47,662 nt of DNA from Candidatus Limnocylindria bacterium (GTDB taxonomy: Bacteria > Desulfobacterota > Deferrimicrobia > Deferrimicrobiales > Deferrimicrobiaceae), in assembly GCA_035464915.1 (NCBI GenBank), contig DATHRT010000109.1:1-47662 (forward strand), in the 5' to 3' direction. Under the pieces are notes generated by a model. That model had not been told where the DNA came from, ran no database searches, and worked only from the letters and a program-made list of their open reading frames with translations. Below, piece by piece: positions 32,841-42,664 of this stretch; position 1 is the stretch's first letter; every line of letters begins with the position of its first letter. The position numbers were made by a program, and so were the translations under genes.

Positions 32841-34097
32841 TCAGGGTATCTCGTCCGGTCCGCCGATGCGGCCGAGGACCGCGGAGGCGGCCGCCACCGC
32901 GGGGTTGGAGAGGTAGACCTCACTTTCGGGATGCCCCATCCGGCCCACGAAATTGCGGTTCGTTGTGGCGACGGCCTTCTCCCCCTTTGCCAGAATTCCC
33001 ATATGCCCGCCCAGGCACGGCCCGCATGTCGGCGTGGAAAACGCCGCACCCGCGGTCACGAAGATCTCCATCAGCCCCTCCCGCATCGCCTGGAGGTAAA
33101 TCTCCTGCGTGGCGGGGAACACGATCATCCGGACGCCGTCGTGGACTTTCCGGCCGCGCAGGACCTCGCACGCGCTCCGGAGATCCTCGATTCGTCCGTT
33201 GGTGCACGAGCCCACCACGACCTGGTCGATGGGGACATTCCCCACCCGGGAAAGGGACCGGGTATTCTCCGGCATATGCGGAAACGCCACCTGCGGCTCG
33301 AGAGCACCCAGGTCGATCCCGATCTCCGCCGCGTATTGGGCATCGCGGTCTGCCTCGACCACCGTGTATTTCCGGGAGGCCCGCTCGTCCGCGTAGCTCT
33401 TCGTGATCTTGTCGAAGGGAAAGATGCCGTTTTTTGCGCCGGCCTCGATCGCCATGTTGGAAATCGTGAACCGCCAAGCCATCGGGAGAGCCGCGAGGCC
33501 GTCCCCGGCATACTCCATCGACTGGTAGAGTGCTCCGTCCCCGCCGATCTCCCCGATGATGTGGAGGATGACGTCCTTGCCCTCGACCCACTTCCGCGGC
33601 TTGCCGGAGAGCACGATCCGTATCGACTTGGGCACCTTGAGCCACACCTCCCCGGAGATCATCGCCGCAGCCAGGTCGGTGCTGCCGACTCCGGTCGAGA
33701 AGGCGCACAGCGCACCGTAGGTGCATGTGTGGCTGTCCGCTCCGATCACGAGATCGCCGGGAACGACGAGCCCCTCGTCAGGCAACAGCACGTGCTCGAT
33801 CCCCATCCGCCCCACTTCGAAGTAGTTCACGATCCCGTATTCGCGGGCGAAGTCGCGCATTATCCTGGCCTGTTCCGCCGACGCGATGTCCTTGTTCGGC
33901 GTGAAGTGGTCCGGGACGAGCGCAATCCGCTCCCGGTCGAAGACCTCCCGGACTCCCAGGTTCCGGACCGCCTGGATGGCGATCGGGCTGGTCACATCGT
34001 TGCCGAGCGCGAGGTCGACCCTCGCCAGGATCAGTTCCCCCGGCTCAACCGTTTCCTTCCCCGCGTGCCTAGCGAGGATCTTCTCCGTGAGCGTCAT
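32841..34097 (-). CDS. leuC: 3-isopropylmalate dehydratase large subunit
   Basis: Track ORF 32841..34145 (GTG) trimmed to ATG 34097 ([13 protein letters not shown]). Aconitase-family Fe-S ligand contexts [14 protein letters not shown] and CGPCLG. Confidence 0.9.
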   Translation of the reverse strand: MTLTEKILARHAGKETVEPGELILARVDLALGNDVTSPIAIQAVRNLGVREVFDRERIALVPDHFTPNKDIASAEQARIMRDFAREYGIVNYFEVGRMGIEHVLLPDEGLVVPGDLVIGADSHTCTYGALCAFSTGVGSTDLAAAMISGEVWLKVPKSIRIVLSGKPRKWVEGKDVILHIIGEIGGDGALYQSMEYAGDGLAALPMAWRFTISNMAIEAGAKNGIFPFDKITKSYADERASRKYTVVEADRDAQYAAEIGIDLGALEPQVAFPHMPENTRSLSRVGNVPIDQVVVGSCTNGRIEDLRSACEVLRGRKVHDGVRMIVFPATQEIYLQAMREGLMEIFVTAGAAFSTPTCGPCLGGHMGILAKGEKAVATTNRNFVGRMGHPESEVYLSNPAVAAASAVLGRIGGPDEIP

Positions 34098-34854
34098 GCC
34101 CCTCAACGTGTTTCTCGCTTTCCAAGGTTTTCTTTCGCTGACCACGCAACAAGCGCACCAGTTCCCCCAGCGGCCCGGAGACGATGTACGCTGAGACGAA
34201 CAGGAAGATCATCACCTGGGGTTCCGCGGCCAGCAGGAGGGAAAGGAAGATAAACACCACCAGCGTGTTGAACGGCCGGCGGCGGAAGGGCTCCAGGTCC
34301 TTGAAGTTGTTGTACCTTACGGTGCTGACCATGAGAAAGGCCAGTACGTAGATGGAGAGAAGCACGGCGAGATGCTTGAAGTTGCCGGATCCCCCCAGGT
34401 AGTAGAAGAGCATGATCAGGGATGCCACGAACGTGGCCGCGGCGGGAATCGGCAGCCCGTTGAATTTCCCTCTCTCGATCGTATTGACCTGGACGTTGAA
34501 CCGGGCAAGACGGAGGGCCCCGCAGACCAGGTAGAGGAACGCGGCCAACCAACCCCACCGCCCGAAGCGCGAAAGCGCCCAGCCGTATACGAGAAACGCC
34601 GGCGCCACGCCGCAGGCCACGATGTCGGCCAGAGAGTCGTACTCCACCCCGAATTGCGTAGTTGTCCTGGTCATCCGTGCGACCCGGCCGTCCAGGCCGT
34701 CCAGCACCACTGCCACAATGATGGCTATGGCCGCCTTCTCGAACTGGCCGGTGTAGGTCGCGGCAATCGAGTAGAACCCGGCGAACAGCGATCCGGACGT
34801 GATCAGGTTGGGCAATACATAGATCCCCCGGCTTATCCCGTCCTCCCGCTTCAT
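34069..34854 (-). CDS. pssA: CDP-diacylglycerol--serine O-phosphatidyltransferase
   Basis: Track ORF 34069..35025 trimmed to ATG 34854 (261 aa). CDP-alcohol phosphatidyltransferase motif [17 protein letters not shown]. Polytopic. Confidence 0.85.
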   Translation of the reverse strand: MKREDGISRGIYVLPNLITSGSLFAGFYSIAATYTGQFEKAAIAIIVAVVLDGLDGRVARMTRTTTQFGVEYDSLADIVACGVAPAFLVYGWALSRFGRWGWLAAFLYLVCGALRLARFNVQVNTIERGKFNGLPIPAAATFVASLIMLFYYLGGSGNFKHLAVLLSIYVLAFLMVSTVRYNNFKDLEPFRRRPFNTLVVFIFLSLLLAAEPQVMIFLFVSAYIVSGPLGELVRLLRGQRKKTLESEKHVEGHDAHGEDPR

Positions 34855-34862
34855 CCTCTTCC

Positions 34863-35528
34863 TCACTTCACCACCCCCACGACGCTCTCCCCCGCCCGAA
34901 CCCGGTCCCCCACCCGCACGTTCAGGGAAGCGGAGGCGGGGAGCAGGATGTCCACCCGCGATCCAAAACAGATGATGCCCACCCGCTGGCCCGCCTGAAC
35001 GGTGTCCCCCGGGGCCACGTCGCACACGATGCGCCGTGCGATGAACCCGGCGATCTGCACAAAGGCGAGCTGTCGGCCGTCCGGCGTCTCGAGGAGCACG
35101 CCGTTCTGCTCGTTGGCAAGCGACGCTTTCTCGACATTCGCCGCCAGGAACCTTCCGGGGTGGTATTGGACGGACACCACCCGGCCGGAGACCGGAGCCC
35201 GGTTCACATGCACATCAAAGGGCGACATGAAGACGCTTACCCGCTTCCCCGGTTCCCCGAAATACCTTCCCGGCGGATTGTCGCCTGCGTACACTATCTT
35301 ACCATCCGCGGGGGAAATTACCGCTCCAGGGAGAGCGGGGGGGAACCTGTCAGGGTTCCGGAAGAACCAGCCGATAAAAACGGTGAGGAGAATCCCGAAG
35401 ACCGACGCAGGCAACGTCCTCGGCCACACGAGGGAGAGCACGGCCGCAAGAGCAACCCCGCCCAGAAGAAACAGGATCCCTTCGGGGGCGATCACCCCAC
35501 GCTCCCGACCCTTCTCCCCCGGATCCAT
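34863..35528 (-). CDS. psd: Phosphatidylserine decarboxylase family proenzyme (short form)
   Basis: Track ORF, 221 aa. N-terminal TM helices, a FGSRVD self-cleavage-type Gly-Ser motif near the C-terminus, and adjacency to pssA. Confidence 0.8.
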   Translation of the reverse strand: MDPGEKGRERGVIAPEGILFLLGGVALAAVLSLVWPRTLPASVFGILLTVFIGWFFRNPDRFPPALPGAVISPADGKIVYAGDNPPGRYFGEPGKRVSVFMSPFDVHVNRAPVSGRVVSVQYHPGRFLAANVEKASLANEQNGVLLETPDGRQLAFVQIAGFIARRIVCDVAPGDTVQAGQRVGIICFGSRVDILLPASASLNVRVGDRVRAGESVVGVVK

Positions 35529-35538
35529 CGCTTCCGGG

Positions 35539-36558
35539 TCAGTTCTTCGTCCTGTCGACCAGCCGCCCTTTCGCGATCCACGGCATCATCGCCCGGAGGC
35601 GGCGGCCCACCTCCTCGATCGGGTGCTCCTCGCCACGCCTTGTGAGGGCGTTGAAGACAGGCCGGTTGGCCCGGTTCTCCAGGATCCACTCACGGGCGAA
35701 GGATCCGTTCTGGACCTCCTCGAGCATCCGCTTCATCTCGGCTTTCGTCTCCGCGTTGACGACCCGCGGTCCCCGCGTCAGGTCGCCGAATTGCGCGGTA
35801 TTGCTCACGGAGTAGCGCATCGTGGAGATCCCGCCCTCGTAGATGAGGTCCACGATGAGCTTCAGTTCATGCAGACATTCGAAGTACGCCATCTCGGGCG
35901 CGTATCCCGCCTCGACAAGCGTCTCGTATCCCGCAAGGATCAGCGCGGTCACGCCGCCGCAGAGGACCGACTGCTCGCCGAAGAGGTCGGTTTCCGTCTC
36001 CTCGCGGAAGGAGGTCTCGATCACCCCCGCGCGGGCGGAGCCGATCGCGCTTGCGTATGCGAGCGCCATGTCCCGGCTGTTCCCCGCAGGATCCTGGTGT
36101 ACGGCGATGAGAGCGGGAACGCCCTCTCCCTTCTCGTATTGCGCCCGCACGAGATGGCCGGGGGCTTTCGGTGCCACCATGAACACGTTCAGGTCGGCCC
36201 GGGGCATGACCTGGCCGTAGTGGATGTTGAATCCGTGGGCAAACATGAGGTACGCCCCCCTCTTGATGTTCGGCCCGACGGCGTTACGGTAGATGTCCCC
36301 CTGCAGTTCGTCGGGAAGGAGCATGACGACGACGTCCGCCTTGCCCGTTGCGGCGGCGGCGTCTACGACCTCGAACCCGGCCTTCTTCGCCTTCGCCGCA
36401 TTTTCGGACCCCGAAAGCTCGCCCACGACAACGTCCATCCCGCTATCCCGCAGGTTGTTCGCGTGCGCATGCCCCTGGCTTCCGTACCCCAGGATCGCGA
36501 TCTTCTTCTTCTTCAAAAACGACTGCTTGGCATCTTTCTCACGGTAGATCCGGACCAT
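35539..36558 (-). CDS. ilvC: Ketol-acid reductoisomerase
   Basis: Track ORF 35539..36564 (TTG). ATG at 36558 is preferred because it follows GGGGAGGG. Motif [17 protein letters not shown]. Confidence 0.95.
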   Translation of the reverse strand: MVRIYREKDAKQSFLKKKKIAILGYGSQGHAHANNLRDSGMDVVVGELSGSENAAKAKKAGFEVVDAAAATGKADVVVMLLPDELQGDIYRNAVGPNIKRGAYLMFAHGFNIHYGQVMPRADLNVFMVAPKAPGHLVRAQYEKGEGVPALIAVHQDPAGNSRDMALAYASAIGSARAGVIETSFREETETDLFGEQSVLCGGVTALILAGYETLVEAGYAPEMAYFECLHELKLIVDLIYEGGISTMRYSVSNTAQFGDLTRGPRVVNAETKAEMKRMLEEVQNGSFAREWILENRANRPVFNALTRRGEEHPIEEVGRRLRAMMPWIAKGRLVDRTKN

Positions 36559-36609
36559 TATCAAACCCTCCCCGGGTATTGTGGATACAGCCGACCTTTC
36601 GCGACCCCG

Positions 36610-37086
36610 CTACATCCCTCGTGCAATGGCCACACGCCCCGTTCGCACGATTTCGCGGATCCCGATCGGCTTCAGCAGCTGGAGCAATGCGTTGATCTTC
36701 TCCTCGTCGCCCGTCATCTCGATCGTATAGCACCGGGATGCCACGTCGACGATCTTCGCGCGGAAGATGTCCACCAGGCGCAGCACCTCGGGTTTCGTTT
36801 CCGGTTCCGCATTCACCTTGATCAGAACGAGTTCGCGATCGACGGTTTCCGCCCCCGTCAGGTCGACCACCTTGATGACCGAGACAAGCTTGTTCAGATG
36901 CTTCAGGATCTGCTCGAGGATCTGGTCGTTCCCGGAGGTCACGATCGTCATGCGGGAGACCGTCGGGTCCAGCGTCTCCGCCACCGTCAGCGACTCGATG
37001 TTGAATCCCCTCCCGGAAAACAGACCGGAGACGCGACTTAAGACCCCGAACTCGTTCTCCACCATCACGGAAATGGTATGGCGCAT
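36610..37086 (-). CDS. ilvN: Acetolactate synthase small (regulatory) subunit
   Basis: Track ORF, 158 aa. ACT domain HTISVMVENEFGVLSRVSGLFSGRGFNIESL. Confidence 0.9.
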   Translation of the reverse strand: MRHTISVMVENEFGVLSRVSGLFSGRGFNIESLTVAETLDPTVSRMTIVTSGNDQILEQILKHLNKLVSVIKVVDLTGAETVDRELVLIKVNAEPETKPEVLRLVDIFRAKIVDVASRCYTIEMTGDEEKINALLQLLKPIGIREIVRTGRVAIARGM

Positions 37087-37105
37087 CGGTTCTTCCCCTC
37101 CAACG

Positions 37106-38800
37106 TCACACGAGCAGCATCTTCGTGAGAGGCGCCCCCGCGGGCACCATCGGGTAGACCATCTCGTCGGGATCCGTCACGATGTCGATGATGGCCGGGC
37201 CGGGCGCAGCGAACCCCTTCCGGAGCACCTCCGGCACCTCCGCGGGCTTCGTTGCACGATACCCAACCGCCCCGTATGCCACGGCCAGGCGCACAAAATC
37301 GGGGATCTGGGGGAGGCATGTCTGGGAAAGCTTCCCCTGGAAGAACAGTGCCTGCCACTGCCGCACCATCCCGAGCGACCCGTTGTTCAGGATCACCACC
37401 TTGACGGGGAGGCGATACTGCACCGCGGTCGCAAGCTCCTGGATGTTCATCTGTATGCTGCCGTCGCCCGCAATGTCGACCACCAGCTTGTCCGGCATCG
37501 CCACCTGGGCCCCGATCGCGGCCGGAAGCCCGTACCCCATCGTCCCCAGCCCCCCGGAAGAGAGGAACGTCCGCGGTTTGTCGAACAGGTAATACTGGGC
37601 GGCGAACATCTGGTTCTGCCCCACCTCCGTGGCGATGATCGCGTCCCCCTTCGTGATCTGGTAGATCTGCTCGACCACATACTGGGGCTTTATCTTTCCC
37701 TTCCCCTGCTTGTACGCGAGCGGGTGCGTCGATTTCCACTCCTCGATCTGCTTCCGCCACGGACCGATCTTCTTCCGGTACTGCGCGGCCTCCTTCGTCC
37801 CCTTGACGAGCTTGATCATCTTCTTGAGCACGTCCTTCAGGTCCCCCACGATCGGGATGTTCACGGGAACATTCTTCTGAATCGATGTCGGGTCGATGTC
37901 CACGTGGATGATCTTCGCCCCGGGTGCGAATTCGTCGATCTTCCCGGTGACCCGGTCGTCAAATCTCGCCCCGATGCCGAGGATCACGTCGCAGTTCGAT
38001 ATCGCCATGTTCGCCCGGAAGGTACCGTGCATCCCGAGCATCCCGAGGGAGAGCCGGTCGGTTCCCGGGAAGCCGCCCAACCCCATGAGCGTGTTCGTGA
38101 CGGGAATTCCGAGAATGTGGGCGAACTCCGTGAGCAGCTGGGACGAATCGGCGAGGATGACCCCTCCTCCGGCATAGACGACGGGCCGCTCCTTCTCGAG
38201 CAGCATGCGTATGGCGTTCTCCACCTGCCTCTGGTGCCCTTCGTAGGTGGGGTGGTAGCCGCGCAGCTTCACCTCTTTCGGAAGATGGTACTCGGCGGTG
38301 CCGGTCAGGACGTCCTTCGGGATATCGACCAGCACGGGTCCCGGGCGGCCGGTGGAAGCGATATAAAACGCCTCCTTGATGATTCGGGGCATATCCTTCG
38401 CGTGCTTGACCAGGTAGTTGTGCTTGGTGCAGGGCCGGGTGATCCCGACGATGTCGGCCTCCTGGAACGCGTCGTTGCCGATCATGAGGGTCGGGACCTG
38501 TCCGGAGAAGACCACGATGGGGATCGAGTCCATGTACGCTGTGGCGATCCCCGTTACGGTGTTGGTCGCCCCCGGGCCCGAGGTCACCAGGCACACGCCG
38601 GTCTTCCCGGAGGCACGGGCATAACCGTCGGCCATGTGCACTCCCCCCTGTTCATGACGAACAAGCAGGTGCCTAACCTTCGTGTTCTGGAACAGGGCAT
38701 CGTAGATGTTCAGCACCGCTCCCCCGGGGTACCCGAATACCACGTCCACCCCGAGGTCTTCGAGCGCCTTGACGAACATTTCCGCGCCGGTCATCTTCAC
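37106..38800 (-). CDS. ilvB: Acetolactate synthase large (catalytic) subunit
   Basis: Track ORF, 564 aa, GTG start (alternative ATG at 38794). ThDP motif GGLGTMGYGLPAAIGA..GDGSIQMNIQEL. Confidence 0.95.
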   Translation of the reverse strand: MKMTGAEMFVKALEDLGVDVVFGYPGGAVLNIYDALFQNTKVRHLLVRHEQGGVHMADGYARASGKTGVCLVTSGPGATNTVTGIATAYMDSIPIVVFSGQVPTLMIGNDAFQEADIVGITRPCTKHNYLVKHAKDMPRIIKEAFYIASTGRPGPVLVDIPKDVLTGTAEYHLPKEVKLRGYHPTYEGHQRQVENAIRMLLEKERPVVYAGGGVILADSSQLLTEFAHILGIPVTNTLMGLGGFPGTDRLSLGMLGMHGTFRANMAISNCDVILGIGARFDDRVTGKIDEFAPGAKIIHVDIDPTSIQKNVPVNIPIVGDLKDVLKKMIKLVKGTKEAAQYRKKIGPWRKQIEEWKSTHPLAYKQGKGKIKPQYVVEQIYQITKGDAIIATEVGQNQMFAAQYYLFDKPRTFLSSGGLGTMGYGLPAAIGAQVAMPDKLVVDIAGDGSIQMNIQELATAVQYRLPVKVVILNNGSLGMVRQWQALFFQGKLSQTCLPQIPDFVRLAVAYGAVGYRATKPAEVPEVLRKGFAAPGPAIIDIVTDPDEMVYPMVPAGAPLTKMLLV

Positions 38801-38810
38801 GTCATCCCCC

Positions 38811-40463
38811 CTACCGGATCACCGCGCCGGTTCCCGCCGAGCCCACCAGCTTGGCGTACCGGGCCAGGTACCCCGTGCGAACCTTCGGCGGCGGGGCTTT
38901 CCACGATTTTTTCCGGCGGCCGAGCTCGGCCGCCGTCACGTTCAGCGTGAGCTTCCTTTTCGGAATGTCCAGAACGATCTCGTCCCCGTCCCTCACGAGG
39001 GCGATCGGCCCCCCTTCCATCGCCTCGGGGGACACGTGGCCGATGCACGGTCCGTGCGTCCCTCCGGAGAACCGCCCGTCGGTGATGAGGACCACCTTGG
39101 TCCCCATCCCCATCCCCATGATCGCCGAGGTGGGGGAGAGCATCTCACGCATCCCCGGCCCCCCCTTCGGGCCCTCGTACCGGATGACCAGAACCGTTCC
39201 CGGCCGGATCTTCCCCCCCATGATAGCCGCCATGACGGCTTCCTCGGAGCCAAAAACGCGGGCCTTCCCCCGGAAGGTGAACATCGAGGGATCGACCCCC
39301 GACTGCTTGACCACCGCGCCCCCCGGCGCAAGGTTCCCGGTGAGAATCGCGATCCCCCCCTCGGGCCGCACGGGGGCGGAAACCTTTCGGATGATCCCGT
39401 CGTTCACGACACGCGCCCTTTTCGCGATCGCGGTGATGTCCTCGCCGGACACCGTCGGGTTCTTCCTGAGCCGGGGCAGCAGCCGATTGAGGATCGCCGG
39501 GATCCCGCCGGAGAACTCCACATCCTCCATCATGTGCGGACCGGCCGGCGTGACCGTGGTGAGCTGGGGCGTCTCCCGGGACAGCCGGTCGAACTCTGCC
39601 AGGGGAAGCGTAACCCCCGCTTCGTGGGCGATGGCCAGCAGGTGCAGCACCGAGTTGGAGGACCCCCCGAGGGCGAGGTCGACGCGGATGGCGTTCTCGA
39701 AGGCGGCGCGCGTCAGGATCTTGCGCGGGGTTATCCCCTTTCGCACCAGCTCCACGATGCGCTTCCCCGTCGCATACCCGATGTGGCGCTTCTTCGACAT
39801 GCCGGCCAGAGCGGTGGCGCACCCCGGCAGGGACATCCCGAGAGTCTCCGTCAGGCACGCCATCGTGTTGGCGGTGTAGAGTCCCTGGCACGACCCCTCC
39901 CCCGGGCACGCCTCGGCCTCGAGACGACGCAGCATCTTCGCATCGATCTCCCCCCGCTGGTACCGGCCGACTGCCTCGAAGGTATCCGATACGAGCGAAA
40001 GCCGCCTGTCCCCCATCCTGCCCGAGAGCATCGGGCCGGCGGTCAGGACGATGGAGGGAACGGAAAGCCGCGCGGCGGCCATGAGCATTCCGGGGGTGAT
40101 CTTGTCGCAATTGGTCAGCAGGACGAGACCGTCGAGCGCGTGGGCCTCAGCCACCGACTCGATCATATCGGCGATCAGCTCGCGCAGGGGTAGAGAGTAG
40201 TGCATCCCCCGATGCCCCATCGCGATCCCGTCGCAGATCGCCGGCACTCCGAAGAGGAACGGGTAGCCGCCCGAGGCGTGCACGCCGCTTTCCACGACGC
40301 GCTCCAGCGCCCGCATCCCGACATGGCCGGGGACTAGGTCGGTAAAGGAGGTCGCCACCCCGATGAAAGGCTTTCCCATCGCCTCCTGCGGAACCCCGGC
40401 GGCGCAGTAGAGCGCCCGGTGGGGCATCCTTTCCAATCCCTTTTTCGTCCTGTCACTTCGCAT
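38811..40463 (-). CDS. ilvD: Dihydroxy-acid dehydratase
   Basis: Track ORF 38811..40586 trimmed to ATG 40463 (550 aa, [18 protein letters not shown]). Motifs CDKITPGM and GRFSGGTHG. Confidence 0.95.
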   Translation of the reverse strand: MRSDRTKKGLERMPHRALYCAAGVPQEAMGKPFIGVATSFTDLVPGHVGMRALERVVESGVHASGGYPFLFGVPAICDGIAMGHRGMHYSLPLRELIADMIESVAEAHALDGLVLLTNCDKITPGMLMAAARLSVPSIVLTAGPMLSGRMGDRRLSLVSDTFEAVGRYQRGEIDAKMLRRLEAEACPGEGSCQGLYTANTMACLTETLGMSLPGCATALAGMSKKRHIGYATGKRIVELVRKGITPRKILTRAAFENAIRVDLALGGSSNSVLHLLAIAHEAGVTLPLAEFDRLSRETPQLTTVTPAGPHMMEDVEFSGGIPAILNRLLPRLRKNPTVSGEDITAIAKRARVVNDGIIRKVSAPVRPEGGIAILTGNLAPGGAVVKQSGVDPSMFTFRGKARVFGSEEAVMAAIMGGKIRPGTVLVIRYEGPKGGPGMREMLSPTSAIMGMGMGTKVVLITDGRFSGGTHGPCIGHVSPEAMEGGPIALVRDGDEIVLDIPKRKLTLNVTAAELGRRKKSWKAPPPKVRTGYLARYAKLVGSAGTGAVIR

Positions 40464-40493
40464 CTCGTAAATTCCTTTCGCTCCTTTGGAAAT

Positions 40494-40530
40494 AAAAAAA
40501 CCCCCGCGGGGATGGAATCCCCCTAAGGGA
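40494..40530 (-). terminator. Terminator-like GC hairpin(s) plus T7 tract between the DUF465 gene and ilvD
   Basis: Minus strand reads TCCCTTAGGGGGATTCCATCCCCGCGGGGGTTTTTTT. Possible stems are GGGGAT/ATCCCC and CCCC/GGGG. An alternative upstream pairing AATCCC/GGGATT uses the same G-run. The T-tract ends about 30 nt before the ilvD ATG. Confidence 0.45.
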
Positions 40531-40616
40531 TTTCGCCCGCCGGGTTCTTCCCCCGGCCCGAACGCGCATGCGGTCCGTGCCCGCATCCCGTGGAGGAGGG
40601 TTCTTTCTTCCTGTTG

Positions 40617-40835
40617 CTATTGTCCGGAGAGCCTCTGAGCGATCCTGTCCTTCTTCGCCAGTTTGAGTTTTTGAAGCCGCTTCCGCTCCATCTCCTCGTC
40701 GGGGGAAAGATACACTTTCCTGTCGAACTCCTTCAGTTTCCCGTCCAGCATGCGGTGTTCCTGCACCAGGGTTTTGAACTCCGGATCCTTCTCGACAAGC
40801 GCAGCGATTTTCTCTTCCTGGTTCCGCGCCTCCAT
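40617..40835 (-). CDS. DUF465 (YdcH-like) small coiled-coil protein
   Basis: Track ORF 40617..40892 (TTG) trimmed to ATG 40835, which follows GGAGG at 5-nt spacing (72 aa). Pattern KDPEFKTLVQEHRMLDGKLKEFD...LSPDEEMERKRLQKLKLAKKDRI matches my memory of DUF465. Confidence 0.7.
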   Translation of the reverse strand: MEARNQEEKIAALVEKDPEFKTLVQEHRMLDGKLKEFDRKVYLSPDEEMERKRLQKLKLAKKDRIAQRLSGQ

Positions 40836-40893
40836 CGGCACCTCCGGATCTGGGATGATATCTGAGTGTAGCAGAGGAGGGTCAATTGTCAAT

Positions 40894-41595
40894 TTACGGC
40901 TCAGCGGGACCTCCCCGAGCCCGACGCGTCTCCGCCTCCGAGAAGCGGAGATACGCGGGCACGACCGTTCGGACCTCCCCCGTCTCCCCCCGCCGGACCA
41001 TGCGCTCCGCCAGAAAGCCGACGGCGGAAGCCCTTGGCAACCCCTCGCCCGGAGGGGGGAAGAGGGCGCGCTCGCCCAACCGGGCCCGGAACAACTCTCC
41101 GTACGGAATCGTCCCGTCCCCGCAGAAAAAGACCTTCCCTTCCGGAAACCAGTCCGGGAGAACGTCCGGGGGCACGGCGGCGTCGGGGGCGGCGCGGAGG
41201 CACTCTCCCCGCTGCCAGCGGAAGACTCCCGCGTAGACCTCCTTCTTCTTCGCGTCGAGCACAGGGCACACGGGCACCTCTTTCACAAGAAAGCGCGATG
41301 CCAGTGCGTGCAGCGTCGGGACGGGAACGATCGGCAGGCCCCACCCGAAGCAAAATCCCTTCGCGGCGGCCATCCCGACGCGAAGACCGGTGAACGATCC
41401 GGGGCCCGCCGAAACCGCCACGTGCGTGATTTCGCTCGTTCCCCGGCCCGACTCTTCGAAAAGACGGTCGATGGCGGCGAGAAACGTCCCGGATACCTGC
41501 TTTTCCCGGGGGAGCACCGTCTCCCCCAGAACGCACCCCCCGGAGACGAGTGCGACGCTTCCACACGGCGTCGCCGATTCGATGGCCAGGATCAA
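40894..41595 (-). CDS. tsaB: tRNA N6-threonylcarbamoyladenosine biosynthesis protein TsaB
   Basis: Track ORF, 233 aa, TTG start. ILAIESATPCGSVAL and GPGSFTGLRVG. Confidence 0.85.
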   Translation of the reverse strand: MILAIESATPCGSVALVSGGCVLGETVLPREKQVSGTFLAAIDRLFEESGRGTSEITHVAVSAGPGSFTGLRVGMAAAKGFCFGWGLPIVPVPTLHALASRFLVKEVPVCPVLDAKKKEVYAGVFRWQRGECLRAAPDAAVPPDVLPDWFPEGKVFFCGDGTIPYGELFRARLGERALFPPPGEGLPRASAVGFLAERMVRRGETGEVRTVVPAYLRFSEAETRRARGGPAEP

Positions 41596-41599
41596 ACAG

Positions 41600-42664
41600 C
41601 TACCCGGCGATCAGGCGGGCGATGTCGTTGTAGAAAACGAGCGCGGTGAGCATGAGAATCACGGCGAGCCCTACCTGTTGCGCCATCATCCTCGCCTGGG
41701 GGGTGAAGGGTTTCCGCCGCAGCGCCTCGATCGAGAAGAAGAGGAGGTGACCTCCATCGAGGATCGGGATGGGAAGGAGGTTCAGGATCCCCAGGTTCAC
41801 GCTTAGCAATCCAAGGAAGTAGATGAACGGGGAAATCCCCTGCTTGGCCTGGTCTCCCGCAATCTGCGCGATCAGAAGGGGCCCCCCGAGAGTATTGGAC
41901 GGGATGACCCGCATGATGAGCTTCACCACGGTGAGCACGGTCAGCTGAACGATCCTCCCCGTCTCCCCGGCCGCGCGTCCGATGGCGGCCACGGGGTTGA
42001 TCCTTTGCTGAATAACCTCATTGCTGGCCACCACGCCGATCTTGGGGCCGTCGACCTTCTCCCCGAAAATGGTGCGTCCTTCCCGGATTTCCGGCAGGAC
42101 GGTCACCCGGAACTCCTCCTCCCCGCGGAGGACGGTAAGAGGCAGTTCCTTGCCGGCCCCCGATGCCCGGATCCCGGCGGCGAGTTCCTCCCACGTGGCG
42201 ATGTCCTTCTCTCCCACCCGGACAACAAGGTCGCCGGCCAGAAGCCCCGCCCGCGCCGCGGGAGTATCCGGCATCACGTCCCCGATTTTCGGAGTCAGCG
42301 TGGGAACACCACCCAGAAAGACTACCCAGAACACGAGAAACGCAAACAGAAGGTTCCCGATGGGGCCAGCGGCCACAACCGCCATCCTCACCCAGACCGG
42401 CTTGTTGTAAAACGCCTTCTCCTGTTCCTCGGGGGAAACCTCGTCCGCGTCGTTTTCGCCCACGAGCTTGACGTACCCTCCAAGCGGTATAGCGGAAATC
42501 AGGTACTCGGTTTCCCCTCTCTGGATCCCCGCGAGTTTCGGCCCGAACCCGAAGGAGAACTTCGTGACCCCCACGCCGAGCCAACGGGCAACGATGAAGT
42601 GCCCGAATTCGTGCACAAAGATGAGAATGCCCAGAACGCCGAGAAAGGACAGGAAATAGATCAC
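41600..42664 (-). CDS. rseP: RIP metalloprotease RseP (site-2 protease)
   Basis: Track ORF 41600..43240 trimmed to GTG 42664, which overlaps the dxr stop (GTGA), giving 354 aa. HEFGHF zinc motif, a PDZ region, and NLLPIPILDGG. Confidence 0.9.
   Translation of the reverse strand: MIYFLSFLGVLGILIFVHEFGHFIVARWLGVGVTKFSFGFGPKLAGIQRGETEYLISAIPLGGYVKLVGENDADEVSPEEQEKAFYNKPVWVRMAVVAAGPIGNLLFAFLVFWVVFLGGVPTLTPKIGDVMPDTPAARAGLLAGDLVVRVGEKDIATWEELAAGIRASGAGKELPLTVLRGEEEFRVTVLPEIREGRTIFGEKVDGPKIGVVASNEVIQQRINPVAAIGRAAGETGRIVQLTVLTVVKLIMRVIPSNTLGGPLLIAQIAGDQAKQGISPFIYFLGLLSVNLGILNLLPIPILDGGHLLFFSIEALRRKPFTPQARMMAQQVGLAVILMLTALVFYNDIARLIAG

Noticed and set aside
35002-38950. Two long plus-strand ORFs (35002..37041, 679 aa, and 36767..38950, 727 aa)
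   Set aside because: Both lie antisense to psd, ilvC, ilvN and ilvB, whose products carry textbook motifs. The plus-strand translations are Arg/Pro/Gly/His-rich with no domain signatures.
40464-40616. T-box, leader-peptide or known riboswitch upstream of ilvD
   Set aside because: No AGGGTGGNACCGCG-type T-box sequence is present, and the spacer (153 nt) is too short for a T-box. No short ORF enriched in Ile, Leu or Val is present, and I could align no ykkC/ppGpp-like conserved core by eye. Only the generic terminator or attenuator observation is kept.
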